A stretch of DNA of 53,538 bases from a virus (Duplodnaviria > Caudoviricetes): positions 1 to 53,538 of IMG/VR virus record IMGVR_UViG_3300008952_000066; one strand, 5' to 3'. The translations under genes were made by a program, and so were the position numbers. Within the stretch, counting starts at the first letter, position 1. Every line of letters starts with the position of its first letter. Positions 46,221 through 53,538 of this stretch are shown here, one piece after another. Below the pieces are notes generated by a model. It worked only from the letters and a program-made list of their open reading frames with translations. It made no database searches and was not told the DNA's origin.

Positions 46221-46978
46221 TGCCAACATTCGTTCACGGTAAAGCGACTAAAATTTATATGGATGAGTTTGATATGAGTCCGTGGTTAAATTCAGCAGAA
46301 ATGACGATGACCACAGACACAGCAGAAGTAACTTCTTTCAACTCAACTACAAGGTCTTACATTAAAGGAATATCTGACGGAACAGTAAGTCTTTCAGGTA
46401 TGTGGTCTGCTGATACAGATGGTTCAGACGAGGAATTACATGCTTTGCTTGGCAATGCCACAACTCCTGTAATAACTGTTGCTGAAAGTGGAGATGGGAT
46501 AGGCAATTCAGCTATCATGGCTCAAGCTCATGAAGTTACTTATTCAATCTCAAATCCTGTTTCAGATGTTTCCACCATAACCGCAGATTTTAATTCTTCA
46601 GCGGCTAACAGACCTGACTTTTATGGAATAAGAAGCGGTGTCCAATTAACCGCAGGTGCAAGTATTGATTACAACGCTTTAGGAAATTTAACTGGACACA
46701 ATCACGGTTCACAAACAACAGGCGGTGGAATGGCAATACTTCACGTTCCCACCAACTCAATCGGTGGTGGTGCAACCACTATTAAAGTTCAACACGATGC
46801 TTCCTCTGGCTTTGGTTCAGCGGCTGACCTCGTATCATTCACAAATGTTGCGGCTTCGACCAAGACAAGTGAGCTAGTTGCAATATCAGGAACAATTAAA
46901 CAATACGTTCGTGTTACTGCTTCAACTGCCGGATCTTCCGGTTCAATCACCTTTATGGTGTCATTAGCAAGGTTCTAG
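46220..46978 (+). CDS. Major-tail-like protein, long paralog with an extra C-terminal beta domain
   Basis: MPTFVHGK...DTAEVTSF...RSYI.G..D.TVSLSG.W; YSISNPV.DV. Confidence 0.7.
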   Translation: MPTFVHGKATKIYMDEFDMSPWLNSAEMTMTTDTAEVTSFNSTTRSYIKGISDGTVSLSGMWSADTDGSDEELHALLGNATTPVITVAESGDGIGNSAIMAQAHEVTYSISNPVSDVSTITADFNSSAANRPDFYGIRSGVQLTAGASIDYNALGNLTGHNHGSQTTGGGMAILHVPTNSIGGGATTIKVQHDASSGFGSAADLVSFTNVAASTKTSELVAISGTIKQYVRVTASTAGSSGSITFMVSLARF

Positions 46979-46990
46979 GAGGACTAATTT

Positions 46991-47401
46991 ATGCCAACCT
47001 TTGTTCACGGTAAATCCACTGACTTTGAGCTTGATGATACAAGCGGAACTTCACGTTCCCTTGCTAACACGCTCACTTCGGTAGATTTTCCAGAAGTAAT
47101 AGATACAGCAGAAACAACTGCTTTCGGTGCTACAAGCCGTTCATACATTGTCGGTCTTAAAGACGCTACTATTTCAGTAAGTGGTCTTTGGGACTCAACA
47201 GTTGATGGATACATCATGGGCGGTACTGAGCCATCTACTCGCACGTTCATTTTTGGACCTGCTGGTAGCACAGGCGGTAACGTAAAATACACAGGCGAGT
47301 GCATACTCACCAATTACTCTGTTTCTAACCCTGTCGGAGATGTCGTAACTTACAGTATCGACCTTCAATGCACAGGTGGAGTAACTAGAGGCACATACTA
47401 A
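46991..47401 (+). CDS. Major tail tube protein
   Basis: MPTFVHGK...DTAETTAFG...YIVGLKD.TISVSG.WD...FGPAG...KYTGEC; immediately before the chaperone. Confidence 0.8.
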   Translation: MPTFVHGKSTDFELDDTSGTSRSLANTLTSVDFPEVIDTAETTAFGATSRSYIVGLKDATISVSGLWDSTVDGYIMGGTEPSTRTFIFGPAGSTGGNVKYTGECILTNYSVSNPVGDVVTYSIDLQCTGGVTRGTY

Positions 47402-47421
47402 ATCTAACCAACTAAATAAGG

Positions 47422-47437
47422 AGTGACCATCGTGTCC
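47422..47437 (+). promoter_or_regulatory. AGTGACC-N3-GTGTCC site 3, overlapping the chaperone RBS and start
   Basis: AAGGAGTGACCATCGTGTCC. Confidence 0.55.
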
Positions 47438-47860
47438 ATTAGAGAAAAAATAAAAACTGCTGACGATAGCAGTACCGAATTATATGAGATCCCTGAATGG
47501 GGAGTAACAGTAGAAATACGTTCCATGACTGCACGTTCGAGGGCAATTTTCGTAGCTGAAATGGCTAGCGAAGATGGCACCGTAAGCGGTGTCAATGATC
47601 CTGCCCGAATTGAGGGCATGTGGTGGAATGTGATTTCACAAACCTGTTATGATCCAAAAACAGGGGAATTAGCTTTCGAGGAAGGTGACCAAGACTGGCT
47701 GTTTGAGAAGAACGCCAAAGTTGTCAACGATTTAGCTAATGAATGTATGGCTTCATCGGGGCTAACGGAAGAAGCGCAGAGTGAGGCGGGAAAAGATTTC
47801 TCGGCTTCGCTGACAAGCGTGGCAGACGAAACCCTGAGCGAAGATTCTATTTCCGATTAG
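47432..47860 (+). CDS. Tail assembly chaperone (gpG-like)
   Basis: IPEWGVTVEIRSMT...R; between the tube and tape measure genes. Confidence 0.85.
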   Translation: MSIREKIKTADDSSTELYEIPEWGVTVEIRSMTARSRAIFVAEMASEDGTVSGVNDPARIEGMWWNVISQTCYDPKTGELAFEEGDQDWLFEKNAKVVNDLANECMASSGLTEEAQSEAGKDFSASLTSVADETLSEDSISD

Positions 47861-48012
47861 CAAGGGATCTCGGCATGACCGTAGGCGAACTCCTAGAACG
47901 TATGAGTAGTGCCGAGCTAACTGAATGGGCGGCGTTAATAAAAATAGAGAATGAAGAAATGGCGCATCAAAGTAAGGTGGCGTCTAACAGAACTACACGA
48001 AGGTCACGATAG
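47788..48012 (+). CDS. -1 frameshift extension of the chaperone (gpT-like), slippery site G GGA AAA at 47788-47794
   Basis: The -1 frame reads RFLGF...FRLARDLGMTVGELLERMSSAELTEWAA...RSR* and ends just before the tape measure gene. Confidence 0.85.
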   Translation, partial: GKRFLGFADKRGRRNPERRFYFRLARDLGMTVGELLERMSSAELTEWAALIKIENEEMAHQSKVASNRTTRRSR

Positions 48013-48015
48013 CTT

Positions 48016-51000
48016 ATGGCAACCGTTGGCGTAGTCAAGGCGATTATAACTGCTGATGTAACAGAGCTTAAAAAAGGAATGAACGAGGCTCAAAGAAGCC
48101 TCGATAATTTCAGTCAGAACGCTACAAAAATAGGTAAGAGCATGACTATGAAAGTCACGGCTCCACTTGTTGGTTTAGGAGTGGCTTCTGGAAAGATGGC
48201 TTCTGATTTTGAGTTCTCAATGACTCAAATAGAAACTTTGGTAGGAAGATCCGCTGAAGAAGTTGAATCTTTAAAAGGTCATGTTCTTGCTTTATCAGGT
48301 GAAACAGGTCGTGCGCCTAAAGAATTAGCTGACGCTATGTTCTTCATTACATCAGCAGGTCTTGATGCAGAAGCGGCTACCAAAGCTTTAGAGGCTTCAG
48401 CTAAAGCCGCCGCTATCGGTATGGGAGATACCGTAGTGGTAGCTGACGCTGTTACTAACGCTATGAACGGTTACGGAATGTCAGCGGATGGAGCCGCTTA
48501 CGCTACTGATGTTTTAGTTAAAACTGTTGAACAAGGTAAAGCCGCCGCCGCAGAATTGGCTCCCCAATTCGGTAATCTTGTACCATTCGCCGCTGAACTT
48601 GGTATTTCATTTGACCAGTTAGGTGCTGGTATGGCGTTTTTAACTAGAGCAACAGGTAATGCCTCAAGAGCCGCAACAGGCTTGAAAGGTATTATGTCTA
48701 AACTTATTAAGCCTAGTGAACAGGGTAAAAAAGAACTTGAAGCATTAGGAATGTCTGCTGAAGGTTTACGAATGGCAGTTCGTGAAAAAGGCTTACTTGT
48801 AGCTCTTAATGATCTGAAAGCTGGCATTGAAGCTAATGGCGGTTCGATGTCTAAAGTCTTTGAAGATGTTGAAGGCCTTTCAGCAGTATTGCAGTTGACA
48901 GGTCCTGCGGCTGAACAAGCACAACAAGTATTTGACGAATTAGCTAATTCAACTGGAAAATTGGAAACAGCTTTTGAGGGTGTTCAAAAAACAGCTAAAC
49001 ATAAAATGTCAGTAGCGATGGCTGGTATGCAAGCTTCAATGATTACTTTAGGTCAACAAGTTTTGCCTGTTGTAATTCCTATGATACAAAAATTAGCTGA
49101 AACGATAGGTAAACTCGCTGAATGGTTCGGTGATTTAAGCCCAACGGTTCAACGAGTAATCGTCATTTTTGGCGGTGTTGTAGCCGCTGTAGGACCTCTC
49201 CTGCTTGTTGTCGGCACTTTAACCAATTCGTTTAATGTCTTATCAGCGGCGGCTTTAAAAGCAGGAACAACTATCGGTGCGGTGATTGCTCCTCTTGGGA
49301 TACTCATGGGAGTTGTTGCAGGCGGTTTCCTGATATGGAGCAAATGGAAAGACGCTGAGAAAAAAGCTAGAGAAGAAATGACACTTCTTAAAGATGAGAT
49401 GATAGCCGCAGGAGAGGCTTCAATCATTTTAAGTACGGATGTTGAAGGTTTAACTGACAGATTGAAAAAACTTGCAGAAACAAGTAAAGAAGCTGTCGAA
49501 GAACAGGATGAGTTCAATCAAAGCATGGTTCTCCTTCAACAGTTAATAGACCGTGATGTGCGTGAATCTTTCCAAACTTACTTTAAAGACATGGAACATC
49601 ACAATACTTTAGTTTCTCAAGGTTCAGATGTTTATGATTATTTGAACGAAACCTTAAATGAAAACAGTATGAGTTTGGATTCAAACATTGCCATATTAGA
49701 AGAACACAAATCTGCATTAGGCAAAGACGCTGACATGATTCTCGAACACGTTGCAAACGGCAAATTGGAGATTGACACTTTAAGAGAAATGCTTGACGCA
49801 TTGGATGAAACAGCAGATGCACATGACAATGTAGCTGAAGAAACAAAGAAAACTGCTGAAGAATTCTTTGAAAGTGCAGAAAATATAAAAGCTTATGAAG
49901 ATGCTTTGGATGCTGGAACAGTAGCTTCTATAAATCAGATGGTGGCGCAGGGTGATCTTCAAGGGGCGATGGAAAAGGTCATTCGGGAAACTGGTTATCT
50001 TGAAACTAAAACACAGCAGATGGCTGATGCCGCTAAAGCAGGCACGGAAGATGTTAATGGTTTAGAAACAGCAATGGAAGATATAGCAGAAGCTACTGCA
50101 CAAGCTACTGTAGAATTAACCGATTATCAAAAAGAAATGGCTCTTTTGATGGCGACATCTGCTGACAGGGCGATGTTGAGTGGAGCTAGTGGTCGCCAAT
50201 TCGGAGAAGATTTAACTGATGCGGCACATTGGATTGAAGTTGTACGTGTTCAAAGAGAAGCAACAGCGGCAGCAGAGCAAGCGATTGTAGATGAGGAATT
50301 AAGACAAGAAAAAATACAACAACGTGCCTTAAAGTTAGCTAATGACATACAGAAAGCAAAACAAGAAATCAACAGTTTAGAAGCTGAACAAACAGCCATT
50401 CAAGATGAACGCCAACGCACTCTTGAAGAAATAGCGTCTATCAATGATGAGATAGCTGGGCTGATGGAAGATCAAGCTTTGTTCAGCGCTACGAACGTAG
50501 AGTTTGCGGCAGAGATAGCTCAGGAGTTCCGTAAAGCTGAATTAGCGATAATGAATCTTGAAGAAAAGATTGCTGATTTGCAAGAAGAAGTAGATGCAGT
50601 TCCTCCTGATGATACAACTCAACGTGAGTTCGTTAACAAACTAAAAAGTCAAAGAGCGCAAGTTAATGCTGTAGAGGAAGCTTTGATAGACATGAACGTC
50701 ATCAAAGAAGAAGATGCAGGGTTCATGGACTTGACAGCGGCTGAAGCTCAAACGCTTGTCAGGTTACAAGAACAGTTACAGCAAACACAGTTAGACATGG
50801 AGGCAGGCGAAGCTACCACTCTTGATTTGATGGCGGCTGAAGAAGCATGGGTTAAAGGCATGCAAAACGCTATGGAGGCTTCAAGAGAATTACAAAAAGC
50901 TGAAGCTGATCTTGCTGACATGGAAACTAAAGCTATTCAAATAGAAAAGGATCGCAAGAAGGCGATGCTTGAACTTGAGATAGCTCAATACGATTTAGCT

Positions 51001-51696
51001 GAAGCTAAAAAGGTAGGCACAGAAGAAACTTATCTTGCTATGAGGGCTGAGGAAGAACAAGCTAAAGTCGAAGAAGTTATTAATGGCTTGTTAGAAACTC
51101 GCACAGGGCTTCAAGAAAAGCAAACAGATTTAGCTCTTAAAGAAATACAGGTGGTTGACGAACTCAAATACGCTAACGAGCGTCTGAAATCTGTAATGGA
51201 AGAATTAAACAATCTTGGCGAAGATGGTAATGACATTTGGCGTGAGTTAATGGAGTTAATTCATGCTACGACAGGCGAGTTCCGTGACCTTATTGGTTTA
51301 TTGAAAACCAAAGGTGCTGGTGGAAGTGCTGGCGCAGGAGCAGGAGCAGGAGCAGGAGCAGTTATTCCTACAACAGCAGTTGCTTCAACGGCAAGTGCTG
51401 TAACCGATTCGGGTGTGGTAGTTAATGAATGGACAACAATGCTGGCAGGTTTAACTGATGCCCAACGTGGTTTAGTCGGGCAACTTTATGAAGATGTTGA
51501 AAGAGAACGTGGGAGAGGGATGCTTGCTGGACACAGTTGGGGTGGTTCAGGCGTAACAGTTAATGTTCAAGGTTCTGTAATTAGTGAAGCAGATTTAACG
51601 AACGCAATAAACTTAGCGCTTCAAGACATAACACGGTCAGGTGGCACAGGACCTTCGTATGCTGGTCTTGATACCTATGTGGACTTCGAAGGTTAA
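48016..51696 (+). CDS. Tape measure protein
   Basis: TP901-type core (IGKSMTMKVTAPL...ELA.AM..I.SAG), hydrophobic segments, long coiled coil. Confidence 0.92.
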   Translation: MATVGVVKAIITADVTELKKGMNEAQRSLDNFSQNATKIGKSMTMKVTAPLVGLGVASGKMASDFEFSMTQIETLVGRSAEEVESLKGHVLALSGETGRAPKELADAMFFITSAGLDAEAATKALEASAKAAAIGMGDTVVVADAVTNAMNGYGMSADGAAYATDVLVKTVEQGKAAAAELAPQFGNLVPFAAELGISFDQLGAGMAFLTRATGNASRAATGLKGIMSKLIKPSEQGKKELEALGMSAEGLRMAVREKGLLVALNDLKAGIEANGGSMSKVFEDVEGLSAVLQLTGPAAEQAQQVFDELANSTGKLETAFEGVQKTAKHKMSVAMAGMQASMITLGQQVLPVVIPMIQKLAETIGKLAEWFGDLSPTVQRVIVIFGGVVAAVGPLLLVVGTLTNSFNVLSAAALKAGTTIGAVIAPLGILMGVVAGGFLIWSKWKDAEKKAREEMTLLKDEMIAAGEASIILSTDVEGLTDRLKKLAETSKEAVEEQDEFNQSMVLLQQLIDRDVRESFQTYFKDMEHHNTLVSQGSDVYDYLNETLNENSMSLDSNIAILEEHKSALGKDADMILEHVANGKLEIDTLREMLDALDETADAHDNVAEETKKTAEEFFESAENIKAYEDALDAGTVASINQMVAQGDLQGAMEKVIRETGYLETKTQQMADAAKAGTEDVNGLETAMEDIAEATAQATVELTDYQKEMALLMATSADRAMLSGASGRQFGEDLTDAAHWIEVVRVQREATAAAEQAIVDEELRQEKIQQRALKLANDIQKAKQEINSLEAEQTAIQDERQRTLEEIASINDEIAGLMEDQALFSATNVEFAAEIAQEFRKAELAIMNLEEKIADLQEEVDAVPPDDTTQREFVNKLKSQRAQVNAVEEALIDMNVIKEEDAGFMDLTAAEAQTLVRLQEQLQQTQLDMEAGEATTLDLMAAEEAWVKGMQNAMEASRELQKAEADLADMETKAIQIEKDRKKAMLELEIAQYDLAEAKKVGTEETYLAMRAEEEQAKVEEVINGLLETRTGLQEKQTDLALKEIQVVDELKYANERLKSVMEELNNLGEDGNDIWRELMELIHATTGEFRDLIGLLKTKGAGGSAGAGAGAGAGAVIPTTAVASTASAVTDSGVVVNEWTTMLAGLTDAQRGLVGQLYEDVERERGRGMLAGHSWGGSGVTVNVQGSVISEADLTNAINLALQDITRSGGTGPSYAGLDTYVDFEG

Positions 51697-51698
51697 TA

Positions 51699-52940
51699 AT
51701 GCCATCAGCCGCTACGCTTGAAGTAACTGTTCGTTTTCAGACGAGTCCTTCTTTTGGACCTAACCTTGTTTTAGGTGACGCAAGTTCCCCTTTAGGAACT
51801 GGTGTTCTATCGGATGCTGATTCCAGTCCTGTGGACATTACAAACACAGTCAATTCGGTTGCTATCAGGCGAGGGCGTAACCGTTTGTTGGACAAATTCG
51901 CCGCTGGTACTTGCACGATTGAGCTTACAGACACGACTGGTTTATTTGATCCTGATAACGGAACTTACGCTGATGAGATTTTACCGATGAGACAGTTGCA
52001 AGTTAAAGCCACTTACAGCGGTACGACTTACACACTTTACTCAGGGTTCATAGACGAATGGGACTACACATACAATCCCGGTGAGAACGCCGCTTTTATG
52101 ACTGTTAAAGCAGTTGACTCTTTCCGTATATTGAACCTGTCAAGAATCACAACTGTTTCAGGTGCTACTGCTGGGCAAACAACTTCTGCGAGAATGGGAA
52201 AAATTCTTGATGCGGTTAGTTGGCCTTCCAGTATGAGAGATTTTTCTACTGGAACAGGGCAAACGACTTGTAAAGTTGATGGTGGTTCCGACAGGGATGC
52301 TCTTACAGCTTGTCAAGTAGTTAATCAAACTGAGCTTGGTGCTTTTTACACTAAAACTAATGGTGTGTTGAAATTCATGGATCGTAACGACATTGTTAAG
52401 AAACATGCTGAAAGCCCAACGGTGTTTGATGATACTGGGGCGAATATTCAGTATCAGTCTGTTGATTTTGATATTGACGACACTATTCTCGCTAACGATG
52501 TTTCTGTTCAACGGTCAGGTGGCACAGCGCAAAATGTTACTGATTCCACTTCTATAAGTGATTTTTTTCAAAGAAATTACACTCGTGCTGGTTTATTAAT
52601 GGACACGGATGCTGATGCTTTGCTTCAAGCTAAAGCGATTCTGAATAATCGTAAAGATCCGAAACTGAGAATTGGTAGTATAAGCCTTGACGCTTACGGT
52701 GATGTTTCTAACAGGGTGACAGCGGCTTTGAACACGGAGATTATGGATCCGATTAAAGTAACAAGAACCCAACCGGGTGGGGGTACTGTTTCTCGTACTC
52801 TTTCTGTGCAAGGTATTGAACACACGATAAGACCGAATAGTTGGGTAACAACTTTTCAAACAGCGGAAAAGATATTAGATGGCTTCATACTTAATTCCAC
52901 GACAAGTGGTATCTTAGGTACGAGTGCCTTGAGTTATTAA
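51699..52940 (+). CDS. Minor tail / baseplate hub protein
   Basis: IRRGRNR..D.F.AG.....L.D..G.FDP.N; follows the tape measure gene. Confidence 0.75.
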   Translation: MPSAATLEVTVRFQTSPSFGPNLVLGDASSPLGTGVLSDADSSPVDITNTVNSVAIRRGRNRLLDKFAAGTCTIELTDTTGLFDPDNGTYADEILPMRQLQVKATYSGTTYTLYSGFIDEWDYTYNPGENAAFMTVKAVDSFRILNLSRITTVSGATAGQTTSARMGKILDAVSWPSSMRDFSTGTGQTTCKVDGGSDRDALTACQVVNQTELGAFYTKTNGVLKFMDRNDIVKKHAESPTVFDDTGANIQYQSVDFDIDDTILANDVSVQRSGGTAQNVTDSTSISDFFQRNYTRAGLLMDTDADALLQAKAILNNRKDPKLRIGSISLDAYGDVSNRVTAALNTEIMDPIKVTRTQPGGGTVSRTLSVQGIEHTIRPNSWVTTFQTAEKILDGFILNSTTSGILGTSALSY

Positions 52941-52951
52941 GGAGTAATAAA

Positions 52952-53538
52952 ATGGCAGGAGCAGGCTATAAGAGTTTCACCACAGGTGATGTGCTGACGG
53001 CTAGTGATCTTAACACATACGGAATTGAGCAGACCATAATGGTTTTTGCGTCAAGTACGGCAAGAGACACAGCGTTGTCAAGTGCAAAGTCTGAGGGAAT
53101 GTTTGCGTTCCTGAAAGACTCTGATTCTTTGACTTACTATGACGGTTCGTCTTGGACAGCAGTTGATCTAGCTGGTGACATAACTGGTGTCACGGCTGGT
53201 ACAGCGATGTCGGGTGGAGGAACTTCGGGGACGGTCACGGTGAATGTGGATGTCAACTCGGCTTCTTCTGTAACTGCGACAACTTCTGACTACATGCTCA
53301 TTTCGGATGTTGATGATTCTAACGCCACGAAAAAAGCGTTGATTTCTGATGTTGTAACCGCAGGCGATATAACTGGCGTGACTGCTGGAACGAACATTTC
53401 AGGTGGAGGCACTAGCGGTACTGTCACAGTAAATCTTGCTATTGATGCCGCTGTTGATGTCGGTTCAGACGGCTCAGGAGTTGACGTATCCTTTTACAGC
53501 GACACGGCAGGCGATCTGGTATTGTGGGATGCAAGTGA
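52952..53538 (+). CDS. Tail-fibre-like protein, 5' part (continues to 222 across the junction)
   Basis: MAGAGYKSFTTGDVLTASDLN...VFAS..ARD.A...EGM..YYDGSSW; GDITGVTAG repeats. Confidence 0.75.
   Translation, partial: MAGAGYKSFTTGDVLTASDLNTYGIEQTIMVFASSTARDTALSSAKSEGMFAFLKDSDSLTYYDGSSWTAVDLAGDITGVTAGTAMSGGGTSGTVTVNVDVNSASSVTATTSDYMLISDVDDSNATKKALISDVVTAGDITGVTAGTNISGGGTSGTVTVNLAIDAAVDVGSDGSGVDVSFYSDTAGDLVLWDAS
53420..53538. repeat. Terminal direct repeat, identical to 1-119
   Basis: Exact match to the window start. Confidence 0.95.

Noticed and set aside
47788-47794. Programmed -1 frameshift as a novelty
   Set aside because: Real, but the standard G/GT chaperone frameshift of long-tailed phages; listed as a feature only

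Overview
The window is an apparently complete, circularly assembled ~53.4 kb genome of a long-tailed dsDNA phage (bases 1-119 are repeated exactly at 53420-53538). Three WhiB genes, an actinobacterial-type ferredoxin, an r1t-like holin and putative leaderless promoters point to an actinobacterial host. The low GC content suggests an Acidimicrobiia-like or marine lineage (inference). Modules: tail tip and lysis (52952-wrap-5633); a leftward HNH/replication/recombination block (5634-10214); rightward early and middle genes (10368-19153); a ParB plus glycosyltransferase/sugar-nucleotide block next to the terminase (13907-14902, 19169-22626); and packaging, head and tail genes (22629-52940), interrupted by two accessory islands (~30.7-37.8 kb and ~41.9-45.8 kb). 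I recognised no integrase, repressor, DNA polymerase, methyltransferase, tRNA or CRISPR array. Most notable: (1) five dispersed copies of a conserved promoter/5'-end cassette that may add an MG[NK]IK..NR peptide to unrelated small proteins, plus a structured non-coding region at 16.2-16.5 kb whose hairpin loop is antisense to that cassette; (2) two GREB1/TAGT-like glycosyltransferases with UDP-xylose-synthase-like and GalE-like enzymes but no TET or methylase; (3) a Com-like zinc ribbon with three AGTGACC-N3-GTGTCC sites at late-gene translation starts; (4) a MuF polyvalent protein and a 1223-aa hyperacidic papain-fold lipoprotein. All calls come from reading motifs by eye; no database searches were run.
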